Shown: positions 26,549 through 37,482 of the stretch, piece by piece
How the letters are laid out: each line of letters begins with the position of its first letter
Position numbering within the stretch: the stretch's first letter is position 1
NCBI GenBank assembly: GCA_043228905.1
Contig: JBHGNT010000007.1
Location: 7,936,001-8,000,000, forward strand
Origin: Azolla caroliniana
Taxonomy: Eukaryota > Plantae > Polypodiophyta
Length of the DNA stretch: 64,000 bases
Direction of reading: 5' to 3'
Program-made: the position numbers and the translations under genes
Notes under the pieces: model-generated
Seen by the model: the letters and a program-made list of their open reading frames with translations, nothing else
What the model was told of the DNA's origin: nothing
Database searches by the model: none

Positions 26549-26746
26549 TTAGGTACCGTTCGTTTGTCTATTTCTGAGACGATAGGTGGTACATCCTTTA
26601 GTAAGATCATAGGGACTCAATTCCACCCTCACTCTATCCCCAGGCAATATTCTTATATAGTTACGTCAGATCTTTCCCGATATGTGAGTCGATACGTGGC
26701 ACCCATTATCTGAATACACTCTAAACATCGCATTAGGAAGTGATTC
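26549..26746 (-). pseudogene. infA: Plastid infA fragment (NUPT), lacking the N-terminus
   Basis: [64 protein letters not shown] matches IF-1. Confidence 0.92.
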
Positions 26747-26999
26747 TCTATATTCAAACACCGCACTTTTCATCCTAATCCCAACAGCTTTTTTACTGAT
26801 TCTCTATATTCAAACGGCCGCTCAAAACAACTGATGTTGGTTGGCATAAGGCAGCGTTTGTAAATGAGCAAAGAAACTTAGAATAAGTATTCGTTGTGGG
26901 ATAGGGAAGAACAGACCAGTTTTTTGAGGCACGGCGGGCGGTTATACGCAGCACAGTTCCGGTAGCGAAACGCCGTCGTTCTTTTCGAGTAGAGATTGG

Positions 27000-27650
27000 A
27001 CCCTAGTTCGTTTTTGACGAAGGAGAAAAAGAATATATTATTTATGTAATTCGAGAATCTCTTCAAATAATGGATTAGTACATCTCTCGTTTGCATTTGC
27101 CTTATTGAAGGGGAAGAAATTCCCTTCTCTGAATAGGATCCACGCATTGGGTCTATTAAATATCCAATAGTATTGAAACGTTTCCATGAATGAAGGGAGT
27201 TAGAGCCCGAAACGGCAGATAAAAGATACTTGGATAATGCAAGAACGTATAATACTGAAAGAACGATTCCATTGTGTTTCATATTGATTGGACGAGTCGG
27301 AGATTCCCAATTCCAAAAATTGCTCACGTAACGAGAGATTATCCAATCGGTCTTCCAGTTTTTTAATATATCTTTGTCTCAACCTACCTAAAGCTCTCTC
27401 ATAACCGAAAAGATATCCTTTTTTATCATACGATCTATTTTCACTATACTTAATCCTATTCAATTCGAAATCCCATCCCATAAACATACTTCTGATCTGA
27501 ACGAGAGTTGTTGCAAGTTGTGGGGATAAGCTCTACCCCCTCCAGATTAACCCAAGTTTGAAAGAAGGGTAGCCTAAAGATCCCATGGGTAATCGATTAA
27601 ATGGAAGGATATAGCACCGTAAAGATTCATCATTGAAGATATGGGTTGAT
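27000..27650 (-). pseudogene. ycf2: Plastid ycf2 fragment (NUPT)
   Basis: LSKYLLSAVSGSNSLHSWKRFNTIGYLIDPMRGSYSEKGISSPSIRQMQTRDVLIHYLKRFSNYINNIFFFSFVKNEL resembles fern Ycf2 (recognised from memory, not searched). Confidence 0.7.
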
Positions 27651-28374
27651 ACAAGGAATCCCCTGAATTGCGATCGCGTTCCATCAAATTTCACAGGAAG
27701 TCCAATCTTCGGCTCTTTATGAAATCCTTGGGGACTTGATCCTTGTTGTTGCAATGCCGCTTTGAGTTGTTGCACCCGTAACGCTAACTCCCCATGTTGT
27801 TGCTACGTTTGTTGCTTTTCTAGAGCGATTTGTTGCAGATCCCCTATCAGCCGTTGGTTTTCTTGTTCCAGGGCAACAAACTTTTCTTTTAGGCACTGTA
27901 ACTCAAAGAAAACGGATTGATATTCTTGGGCGCTAACAGTAGCCATAGTAGAGGGAAAAGGGTAGGAGGATGAGGGAGAACAACAAGCAGGCTGGAGGAA
28001 AGAGAAAATTGGTTCAAACTGTCAGGAATAGTACTAAAGCAGAGATGGAATTAGTACTAAGAAGAGTAGTACTATTAGTACTAAGAGGACGGGACTGCGT
28101 AAGATTCCCGAGAGAGAGGAAGTGAGAAGAGTAGAGAGAGAGATAGGATGATGACAACAGCTCTTATATTATATGAAAGATAAGTACAAATCGGCTAAGA
28201 GGCTTAAGACTGGTGTTGAACCAATTTGGTTCAACATAATGCCTAGTGCCCTCTTTTATAGTGTTCTCAGGAATAATCCTGAAGCTTCTAGAATGTTCCA
28301 GAGAGATCTGGAATATACATCAATTTTCTATGATAAAGCATAAATGAAAATAATTTCCTACGTATTACAATTCA

Positions 28375-28427
28375 TAGTCTAATGGTAAGAGCTCGACCCA
28401 TGTAGCATAAGGTCATGGGTTCGAGTC
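28375..28427 (+). promoter_or_regulatory. tRNA-like Pol III A-box/B-box cassette within an LTR
   Basis: A box TAGTCTAATGG (28375-28385), B box GGTTCGAGTC (28418-28427). Confidence 0.6.
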
Positions 28428-29864
28428 TTGCCATATCATGACAGGATGTGTACCCTACCACAAGGAGGGACAAACTCGGTGGCTCACATGGTGAACGCGA
28501 TGAACAAAGTGCTCAGGGATTGTATCCCGGACATCACCATGCCATTCTTAAACGACATCCCGATCAGGGGATGCCCGGTGGAGGAAAAGGACGAGACAAT
28601 CGGACCGGACGAATGTCGGAATTTCGTGGCGACTCACATCAATGATTGCGAGAAGGTGCTACAGAGACTAGAAGGCGCGAGGCTTAGCTTCTCCGGGGAA
28701 AAATCGGCCTTCGGGCAATCAGAGATCATGGTCGTCGGGCACCTATGCGAACCATACGGTCGGAAACCGTCTCCGGCCAAGGTGGAAGCCATCTCCACGA
28801 TGTAGCATAACTGCAATTCGGTTACAGAGGTTCGGAGATTCTTGGGAGCATGCGCGTTCTACCATATCTGGATCCCGCATTACGCCCACGTTGCGGAGCC
28901 GCTGTATGGGTTGCTGAAGAAAGGGCGTAAATTCGAGTGGGGAGACGAGCATACAGAGTCAATCTGAAAGATGAAGGAAGCACTTGCCACGGCACCGGTG
29001 CTCCGAAAGGCTGTCTACCGCAAAGACGCTCCGATTTACGTAACCATAGTCACGAGTCCGACCGGGATCAGATGGGTGATCAACCAAGAGGATGACGTTG
29101 GCATGAGGTTCCCCATCCGGTTCGGCGCGAAGGTCCTCAGTGAGCGACAGCGAGGATACGCCCAGGTTAAACGTGAACTCTGGGGTATCGTTTCGGCGGT
29201 GAAGGCCGATAAAGACTACCTGATCAGGATAGCGGTAATAATAGAGACAGACTGCCTTCCGATTCTCCGCATGGTTTCCGGATGCGCGACGCCGGACCTG
29301 GCAATGCTCAGGTGGATAGCGTACATCAAGTCCCTGAATCCGGATATACAACACATTTCCGAAAAAGACAATGCCATGGCCGACATGCTCTCAAGGGGGA
29401 GGTTCAAAAACGAGGACGGCATGGTTTCGGAGGACGAGGAAGTCGGCGTAGATTTCTTCGAGGCGACATACATGACAACCAGAAAGGGGAGTACTCTAAC
29501 GCTTAACGAATTCGACAAGAGCAAGTATGACGGGGAGTGGCTCCAGATCGGCGGGCTCCTGAAAACAATGACACCGGACGCGGCGTGGACAAAGGAAGAG
29601 ACCAATCGGATCCGAAAGAAAGCGTACCGATTCTTCCTTCGGGACGGGTACATATGGAAGCACCCGAAGAAGAGGGACGACATCCTGCTCCGAGTGGTCG
29701 CGAAGAAGGAGGAACAGGAGGAATTGTTGGAGGCCTACCACGAGAGTCCCTGGGCCGGACAACGCAGAACGTGGGCCACGTTCGAGAAGCTAAAGGGGAA
29801 GTATTGGTGGCCAAGACTGTACCGGGACGTGCATCGGTTCGTGACGACTTGCGAAAGCTGTCAG

Positions 29865-32414
29865 ATGCATACAAAAAGGAGATGAATCAGAGGGACGTGT
29901 CCAAAGCACGTCAAATCGCAAGTTTCAAGAGAGTGGTCGCCAACATTGTCCAAAAGCGCGTCGTCGAGCTTCAAGAAGGGAAGACAACATGGTCCGGATT
30001 CGAGAAAGCAATACTAGCGGAGTTCGCAACAGAAGATTTGTTGAGGATGACTCGACATGCTTTGATGAAGTGGATAGAAAAGAAAAATAAGAAGATGAGC
30101 TCCTCGAGGGTGTACGACAAGTTCGACCAAATGTTTAGTCGTCTCCCCAACATGGACCAAGTGCTACTTGAGGAGGACAAGACTTTGTACTTCTTGAAAG
30201 CCGTGGACATGAAGGATAGACGAGAGTTGGGGACTCTCCTCGAAGATGATACCCAAGCGAACGGTCTTGTGGCAGACTAGGTTGCGGTGAAGCAAGCATG
30301 CAACAAGATTGACATGCGTCATCGATGGCTCCATGATATTGACTTGGTAAGACCAAGCATAGAAAAAGCAAAACCATCTAAAGAAGTTGAGACGCCTAAA
30401 CAACGCATCCAAAATGAAAAGAAGATTGATGATGACTCGAGGGCGATGACAGCCATTTCAAAGGAGGTCGAATGTTTTGGAACATACGTTGTGTTCGAAA
30501 CAACGTATGATGGAACAAGCCAAATCAAAGCTTGCATCAATGGAGATAAAGAGTGTGAGGCTAGTGTAATTGAGGATCTAGCCGCTAAAGACGACATAGA
30601 GGAGGTGACTATGAACAAGACCACAAACGTCGACAACGACCATGGCCGGATTTTCTCCACACATGCTCTAGAGACTTGGGCAGTTGCGTCAAAGAACCAA
30701 CGTGAGACCCAAGACACGGAAGGTGTCGGCAAGGAGCCGAAGGTCGAAACGAATACATGCGACGAAGAGAGAAGCATGATCGAAGCTTGTTTGATCAAGA
30801 GGTTCAATGGGTACGAGGCCCATGAGGTTGAAGAGATAGCCACGAAAAATGACATCGAGTTGGAGATAGCTACGAACGAGTGGATGGTGGATGGTCATGT
30901 GGAGACTTTCCCAACACCTCATCTAGAGACTTGGGCAATTGCGTCTGAGAACCAACGTGAGACCCAAGAGATGGATGGTGGCGAAAAAGAGAAGGACCAA
31001 GATAATACCGCCAATGACGACGGCCAATTTTTCTCCACACTTGTTCCAAAGACTTGGGCAATTGCGTTCGAGAACCGATGTAAGACCCAAGAGACGGAAG
31101 GTGGCGGCTGGAAATCAAAGGAGCGAAACGATGATGAGGAGGATGACCACAGACGAAGGAATCCCTCCACACTGGTTCTGGAGACTTCGGCAGTTGTGCC
31201 CGAGAGCGAACATAAGACCGGAGAGATGGAAGGTGGTGGCGAGGAGATGAGGGTCGAAGCCAACGCATACGAAGGAATGGTGGACAACAAGGACACAAAA
31301 AACAAAGCTATAATAGAGTTCCATGAAGATCCAGATAGAGGCAAGAAAAGAAGAACCGGAATACAATTCGGATGGAAGATGACGCGGTTTGTATTCTGAC
31401 TCGAATGGAAGCTGACCCGAACGAGAGTTGATCAACCAGGGCCGACCCAACCGAAAACCGGATGTAAACTGACCCGGACGAAAGTCGATCGTCTGAGTCC
31501 GATTCGACTGAATGCGAATCTGGATGAAGGCCGACCAAGCCAGAAGCTGGTTGGTCGAGACAGACAGAAGATGAATCGGCCTAGACGGAGGTCAAAGCAG
31601 GGTTTAGGGTTTAGGGTAGAAGAAGGCCAAGACCCGGACATGGTCCGATGTGGTGAAGGGCCTAGAACCGGAAGACGAATCGGGAGCGACCGATTCAAAC
31701 AAGAGCTGGAACGAATCGGAGACAACCGATTCGGTTCAACAGACGGATTCAGAAGAACCGGATCAATTCAAGGCCAAGAGGACGAGAAGGCAGCGAAAGT
31801 CGACGTCAACACGAAGGAATCGGCGAATCGCCAAGCGCCGAAGTCACAATAGCAAGGGAGCTGAATTGGACATGTTGAGCAGACAAGCCGACCGAGGAGG
31901 TCGAGGTGCGCAGAATCAGAAGGGTCGCGGCAAATGGGACCGGACTGGACGAGGAGCGGGAGCGAGGCGGAGTGACGCCAGAAGGAGCCGGGTGGAAGAA
32001 CCGCATGCAATGGAGATTGACACTACGACCAACCTCAAGTTGAGCTTGAGGGGGAGTGTTGAGCGGCAAGCTCAACCAGATCCGGATCGGCATCCAGAAG
32101 GATGAGCCGGATCAGTGAGCAAGTGAGCAAGTGAGCAAGTGAGCCGGTGAGATAGGGAGCCGGTTAGCTGGATCAAGCAGTGACCGGAAGCTTAGTAGCA
32201 ACCTAGACTACTAGGTAGTTAATGTCTCGTACTTAGTGTCAGACGCTCATGTGAGCATTGAAGTACATTGTACTTCTATCAGTCCTCTTAGGACTTGTAT
32301 AAATAGTGTTGTTGAGCTCGTTGTATATATAGAGAATTTTACAGAGTTGTTGATAATAGATTTAAGTTGTTTCTGCTCTTTCTATGTCTCTTTTGCGTAC
32401 CTTCTGTGTGTTAA

Positions 32415-32445
<31 letters not shown>

Positions 32446-32496
32446 TGCTATCCGACTAAGCGGGTTGTCTAACGCTTCCGCACCTTCGTTTTTACA
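29865..32496 (+). mobile_element. Chimeric module copy 1: Gypsy gag part + acidic repeat ORF (30287-31399) + Copia 3' UTR, PPT and LTR (32057-32496)
   Basis: Near-identical to 57345-59917; LTR matches the Copia LTR at 51373-51580; PPT TTGAGGGGGAG. Confidence 0.85.
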
Positions 32497-33408
32497 GTTG
32501 TGCCATATGAGCCAGAAGGGAATGCGAAGACTTGCCGAAGATAACCTCATTCCAGAGGTGAAAGACGTGCATCTTAAGAAGTGTATCGATTGTTTGGCTG
32601 GCAAGAGAAACCGAACCTCCTTTCAGACAAGACCACCGATCAGACAGAATGCACTGCTGGAACTTGTGCATATCGATGTATGCCAAGCGGACATGAAGTC
32701 ACATGTCGGATCGCAGTACATCATGACGTTCATAGATGACCACAACCGGAAGTTGTGGGTTTCACCATTGAAGATGTTGAAAAAAAACCAGTGCTCGGCC
32801 ACAACCGAGGAATAGGATTAACTCACAGAAAACAGGAAATACAAAATGCACAAAGATAATAGAGAGAAGAGTACACAGGATGTTTTACGTGGAAAACCCT
32901 AAATGGGAAAAAACCACGGGAGTGCAAGACTCCAAACCAAAACTATGCACAGAGCAATATACAATGGCGAGCTGCAAGGCGACTACCTTGAGCTTGCTAT
33001 CCTCGCCACAGGCGGCGGTATGACACAGAGGCAACGACCTCTTCGTATCTCTCTCTCTCTCTCTCTCGGCTGCTCTCACTTCGCATAAAAATGAGCAACA
33101 ACAATAAACTGTTTGCCCTAAGTCATATTTATACACATATGACTTTCGGGCTATTTACAAATATAGCCTCAAGGGCTCTTGGCAAACATATTCACAAATA
33201 TGTCCCCGCATCCGGATCTCTCTCCGGGTACATACATCATCCGGCTCCGTAGCCGGGTCTTCGTCATCCGGCTCCGTAGCCGGGTCTTCGTCATCCGGCT
33301 CCGTAGCCGGGTCTTCATCATCCGGCTCCGTAGCTGCAACCAGGCTTGCCGTCATTCATCTCCGGACATCCCATCCGGAGGGACCGCAAATCCCAACAAA
33401 CTCCCCCT

Positions 33409-36400
33409 TCACTTCGGCATGGGATGTCTCTCCAATCCGATCCTCTTCCGGCATGCTTCCAGCTTGTCGGGTGTAAGTACCTTAGTCAGCATATCCGACC
33501 CGTTCTCGTCCGTGTGGATCTTCGTCAGCACGAACTCCTTGTCTTCTATCCTTTCCCGGATCCAGTGGTATCTACGCTGGATGTGCTTCGTCCGGGAGTG
33601 ATAGGCCGCATTCTTCGCAAGGTGGATGGCACTCTGACTGTCGCAGTAGAGTCGGTACTCCTCCTGCCGGATACCGAGCTCTCTAATGAAGTCCTTCATC
33701 CATATTATTTCCTTGCCGGCTTCAACAGCCGCCATGTACTCCGCCTCCGTGGTTGACAGTGCAACCGTCTTCTGCAGCCTCGACTGCCACGAAACAGCTC
33801 CCCCTGCATACGTCATCACATACCCTGATGTGGACCGGCTGGTATCTGCATCAGCCGACATATCTGAATCGGTAAAGCCGTCGAGTTCGGGCTTACCGGA
33901 GCCGAATCGGAGGCATACGTTTGTCGTGCCCTTCAGGTATCGGAGTATCCACTTGACCGCGTTCCAGTGTTCTTTGCCGGGATTGCTCATGTACCGGCTC
34001 ACCACTCCGACTGCATATCCTATGTCCGGTCTTGTACACACCATTGCGTACATCAAGCTTCCGACGGCAGAGGCATATGGTACTTTCATCATGTCCTCTT
34101 TCTCAGCCTTTGTCTTGGGGCTTTGCTTGCTGGACAGCTTGCAGTTTGCCGGGAGGGTTGACCCGACCGGTCTTGCTTCCGACATGTTGAACCGGTAAAG
34201 CACCTTTGTCACGTACTTCTCCTGTGACAGCCACAACTGCTTCTTCTTCCGGTCCCGGATGATGTGCATCCCTAGTATTTGCCTCGCCGGACCCAGGTCC
34301 TTCATTGAGAAGGTTCGGTGAAGCGCTTTCTTCAGCGTCCGTATCTTGACCTGGTCCCGTCCGACGATCAACATGTCGTCCACGTATAGGAGGAGTATTA
34401 GAAAGTCTCCTCCTTCGAACTTCTTCACAAACACGCAGTGATCGGACTGCGTTTTGTGGTACCCTTCGTCGGTCATGAAGGAGTCGAACTTCCGGTACCA
34501 TTGCCGGGGAGCCTGCTTCAGTCCGTAAAGGCTCTTCTTCAACCGGCATACCAGGTGCCCCTTCCCTTTCTTCTCGAATCCTTCCGGTTGCTGCATGTAG
34601 ATTTCTTCTTCGAGGTCACCGTGAAGGAATGCCGTCTTCACGTCCATCTGTTCTACTTCAAGGTCCATGCTTGCCGCTATGCTCAGCACCGTCCGGATGG
34701 AGGTCATCTTCACTACCGGGGCAAATATCTCGTCGAAGTCGACGCCCTTCTTCTGCTGAAACCCCTTCACCACGATCCTGGCTTTGTATCTCGGGGGGTT
34801 TCCGGCATCTCCCGGTTTCAGCTTGAACACCCACTTGTTACGGAGTGCCCGTTTTCCTTTCGGCAGCTCCACAAGTTCATATGTGTGGTTCTCATGCAGG
34901 GAATCCATCTCGTCCTGCATGGCACTCAACCACCTGCGGCTCTGGGTGTCATGCTTTGCTTCTTCAAAGCTCTCCAGCTCCCCCTCGTCGGTTAGCAGCA
35001 CGTGCTTTGGTTCCGGAAATCTCCGGGGGGCCCTTCTCTCTCTTAGAGGATATCTCCGTTCCGGAGCTTCGGTAACCGGTTCTTCCGATTCTTCTTCATC
35101 CGAATCCATTTCGGGATCGGGGCCGGTTCCGGTATCATTTTCATCTTCTTCGGCCGGTTCTGTTTCTTCACCGTCTTCGGCCGGATCCTCGAGTGCTAAC
35201 CGGTCCCTTGCCGGTCGGGACTGCTCCTCGTAGAGTTGATCCTCACCGGTCGACTTGGAGCTCTTCATCTTCTTCTCCGACTCCAAGTCGGCGAGTGTCT
35301 TGTCCTCCATGAAGATGATGTCTCGACTCCTGAATATCTTCTTGTCGACCGGGTCCCATACTCGGTAGCCGAACTCGTCGTCGCCGTAACCGAGGAATAT
35401 GCATGGCCGGGTCTTTGGATCTAGCTTTCCTCTCCGGTCCTTTGCCACATGCACGTAAGCGAGACACCCGAACACCTTCAGATGCCGGTAGGACACTTCC
35501 TTACCGGTCCACACTTTCTGCGGCGTGTCTCCGTCCAAAGGTACTGAGGGCGATCTGTTTATCACGTATGTCGCCGTCGACATTGCCTCAGCCCAAAACC
35601 CCTTGGGTAATTCCGCATGCGCCAGCATACTCCGGACCCTCTCCATTATGGTCCGGTTCATCCTCTCGGCCAGCCCGTTCAGTTCCGGCGTCTTCGGCAC
35701 AGTAAACTCGAGCCGGATTCCCTTCGAGCGACAGTACTCCTGGAACTGCCCCCGGTATTCCCCTCCGTTATCCGCTCGTATCGCTTTCAGCTTCTTGCCG
35801 GATTCCCTTTCCACTCTCGCGTGGAGTTCTTTAAAGACGGACAATACTTGGTCCTTTGTCTTCAACGGTGCTGTCCACAGCTTCCGGCTGTGATCATCAA
35901 TGAATGTCACGAAGTACTGGGCTCCGCCGTGTGACTTCGTTTCTACCTGACACACATCAGTATGCACCAACTCCAATGGTGCGCTACGTCTCGTCGGTGG
36001 CCTTGAGTGGAAGGAGGTTCGGTTCTGCTTACCGGCCAGGCAATCGGTGCACTTCTCCAGGTGCACATGCTTCACTGGAATAAGGTTGTCTTTTGCAAGC
36101 CTCTTCATCCCCTTCTCACTCATGTGGCACAGTCTCTTGTGCCACAGCTCACCGGCAGTGTCGGCAGCCACGTTTAGCTCCTCCGGACATAGCCGGGAAT
36201 TCATCAGGTACAGTGTGTTGACCTTCCGGGCCCGAGCCACTATCAGGCTCCCCTTGCTGAACTTCATGACACCGTTCCGGATGCTACCCGTGTAGCCTTC
36301 ATCATCTAGCCTCCCGGCCGAGATCAGGTTCAATCGAACCTCCGGAACGTGTCGGACATCCTTCAGCAGCATTTTGCATCCGGTCGGGGTTGTCAACCAC

Positions 36401-37482
36401 ACGTCTCCTATGCTGGCAATCCGGCACGTACCTCCATTTCCCATCCGGACACAGCCGTGCTCACCGGCTGTGTAGGATGAGAAGTATTTCTTCTCCGGGG
36501 TCAGGTGGAACGACGCTCCGGAATCGACCACCCAGGTCATCTCTTCACCGGCAATGTTCAGCTCCCTCTCTTCGGTAATGAGCATTATCTCTTCTTCACT
36601 TGCCGCGAGTGCCGTCGTTCCTTTCCGGTCCTGCCCTCGCCGATCCGGACCTCTCCGGTCCGTGGCTCCCCGGTATGCACCGTTTCTCTCCGGTGACTTC
36701 TTCGAATCGATGTCGTCGGCTCCGTTGTCTTTTCGGTAATGCCGACAATTCTTCCGGAAGTGCCCCGGCTTCCCACAGTGGAAGCATGTGGGCCTTCCTC
36801 TTGACTGCGACCGGGTCCCCGACTTCTCCCGTCTTTGAGGACTCCGGTTCCATTGTCTTCCCCGATCCGATTCGGTAAGCAGCGCCTTCGAGTCGGAGGC
36901 CGGTTCTTTATCTCTCCGACGCGCTTCTTCATTTAGAATACTTGTCTTTACCGTTTGTAGAGACAAGTTATCTTCGGTGCAGGAGGTGCTGAGAGTCACC
37001 ACCAAGTTCTCCCAGCTTTCCGGCAATGTACACATCAGAATGATGGCTTGCATTGCATCCTCCAACGGGAACTTGATCGCCGCAAGCTGGTTCACGAATC
37101 CCATGAACGTGCTCACGTGTTCCACCATATTCTCGCCGTCCCGGTACTTGAGGTTCACTATCTTCCTCATCAGGGAGGTCCGGTTCAACGCATTCTTCCT
37201 CTCGTAGAGGCCCGCCAGCTTCTTCCACATCTCATATGCGTTGGTGTCGTTCGCCACATGTTGTAGGACGCTTACATCGACATATTGCCGGATCGTCGCT
37301 ACGGCTTTCCGGTTCAGGAGCTTCCACTCCGACTCTATTACCCCCTTGGGTATCTCGGCATTGTCGATCGGTTCATACAGGTCTCGGACGATGAGAAGGT
37401 CTTCCATCTTTATCTTCCAGTCGGCGTAGTTCTGTGAGTTCAACACCATCATGCCCGGAGGCCCACTACCGCCGCCTTCCAT
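33409..37482 (-). CDS. Copia gag-pol polyprotein, 1357 aa, uninterrupted (gag, CCHC knuckle, protease, integrase, RT, RNase H)
   Basis: CFHCGKPGHFRKNC, WVVDSGAS, LWHKRLCH..C..C, VHTDVC/RADNGGEY/NGLAER, QMDVKTAFLHG, LLYVDDM, SRTKHIQRRYH; first ATG after the PBS is at 37482. Confidence 0.96.
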   Translation of the reverse strand: MEGGGSGPPGMMVLNSQNYADWKIKMEDLLIVRDLYEPIDNAEIPKGVIESEWKLLNRKAVATIRQYVDVSVLQHVANDTNAYEMWKKLAGLYERKNALNRTSLMRKIVNLKYRDGENMVEHVSTFMGFVNQLAAIKFPLEDAMQAIILMCTLPESWENLVVTLSTSCTEDNLSLQTVKTSILNEEARRRDKEPASDSKALLTESDRGRQWNRSPQRREKSGTRSQSRGRPTCFHCGKPGHFRKNCRHYRKDNGADDIDSKKSPERNGAYRGATDRRGPDRRGQDRKGTTALAASEEEIMLITEERELNIAGEEMTWVVDSGASFHLTPEKKYFSSYTAGEHGCVRMGNGGTCRIASIGDVWLTTPTGCKMLLKDVRHVPEVRLNLISAGRLDDEGYTGSIRNGVMKFSKGSLIVARARKVNTLYLMNSRLCPEELNVAADTAGELWHKRLCHMSEKGMKRLAKDNLIPVKHVHLEKCTDCLAGKQNRTSFHSRPPTRRSAPLELVHTDVCQVETKSHGGAQYFVTFIDDHSRKLWTAPLKTKDQVLSVFKELHARVERESGKKLKAIRADNGGEYRGQFQEYCRSKGIRLEFTVPKTPELNGLAERMNRTIMERVRSMLAHAELPKGFWAEAMSTATYVINRSPSVPLDGDTPQKVWTGKEVSYRHLKVFGCLAYVHVAKDRRGKLDPKTRPCIFLGYGDDEFGYRVWDPVDKKIFRSRDIIFMEDKTLADLESEKKMKSSKSTGEDQLYEEQSRPARDRLALEDPAEDGEETEPAEEDENDTGTGPDPEMDSDEEESEEPVTEAPERRYPLRERRAPRRFPEPKHVLLTDEGELESFEEAKHDTQSRRWLSAMQDEMDSLHENHTYELVELPKGKRALRNKWVFKLKPGDAGNPPRYKARIVVKGFQQKKGVDFDEIFAPVVKMTSIRTVLSIAASMDLEVEQMDVKTAFLHGDLEEEIYMQQPEGFEKKGKGHLVCRLKKSLYGLKQAPRQWYRKFDSFMTDEGYHKTQSDHCVFVKKFEGGDFLILLLYVDDMLIVGRDQVKIRTLKKALHRTFSMKDLGPARQILGMHIIRDRKKKQLWLSQEKYVTKVLYRFNMSEARPVGSTLPANCKLSSKQSPKTKAEKEDMMKVPYASAVGSLMYAMVCTRPDIGYAVGVVSRYMSNPGKEHWNAVKWILRYLKGTTNVCLRFGSGKPELDGFTDSDMSADADTSRSTSGYVMTYAGGAVSWQSRLQKTVALSTTEAEYMAAVEAGKEIIWMKDFIRELGIRQEEYRLYCDSQSAIHLAKNAAYHSRTKHIQRRYHWIRERIEDKEFVLTKIHTDENGSDMLTKVLTPDKLEACRKRIGLERHPMPK

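Larger units (their letters stand above)
25974..28443 (-). mobile_element. Self-priming Tf1/Tcn1-type Gypsy derivative: 5' LTR 28020-28443, truncated 3' LTR 25974-26308, gag start 27946-27652, interior replaced by plastid DNA
   Basis: TSD GGATG (25969-25973 and 28444-28448); TGTCA...TGACA termini; LTRs differ at only ~2 positions over 335 bp; gag KEPKIGLPVKFDGTRSQFRGFL; PBS TTGAACCAATTT complementary to its own LTR. Confidence 0.88.
24243..29870 (+). mobile_element. tRNA-Trp-primed Ty3/Gypsy element: LTR 24243-24940, PBS 24945-24961, truncated gag from 24985, RT-RNaseH-integrase Zn finger; RT split by the insertion at 25974-28443
   Basis: TGTCG...CGACA LTR; PBS TGGTGAACCCGACGTGA complementary to the plant tRNA-Trp 3' end; VPKKNGTLRFIQDLQPVN, DLYSGYDQF, RMCTLPQGGTNS, YAQVKRELWGI, H..H..CESCQ in Gypsy domain order. 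Confidence 0.9.

Noticed and set aside
26308-27650. Functional endosymbiotic transfer of infA or rpl23 to the nucleus
   Set aside because: The fragments are truncated, contain stops or unedited codons, and have no transit peptide or promoter.
18328-32501. GTTGT at 18328-18332 and 32497-32501 as the TSD of one large element
   Set aside because: The adjacent LTRs belong to different families and the flanking hosts are different Copia families, so the match is likely coincidental.
33155-33355. ATEPDDEDP repeat peptide ORFs (also 37893-38120)
   Set aside because: A by-product of a 27-bp LTR repeat whose length is a multiple of three.
33346-37430. Numerous antisense and alternate-frame ORFs over the GC-rich retroelement
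   Set aside because: Shadow ORFs of GC-rich coding sequence with no recognisable motifs.
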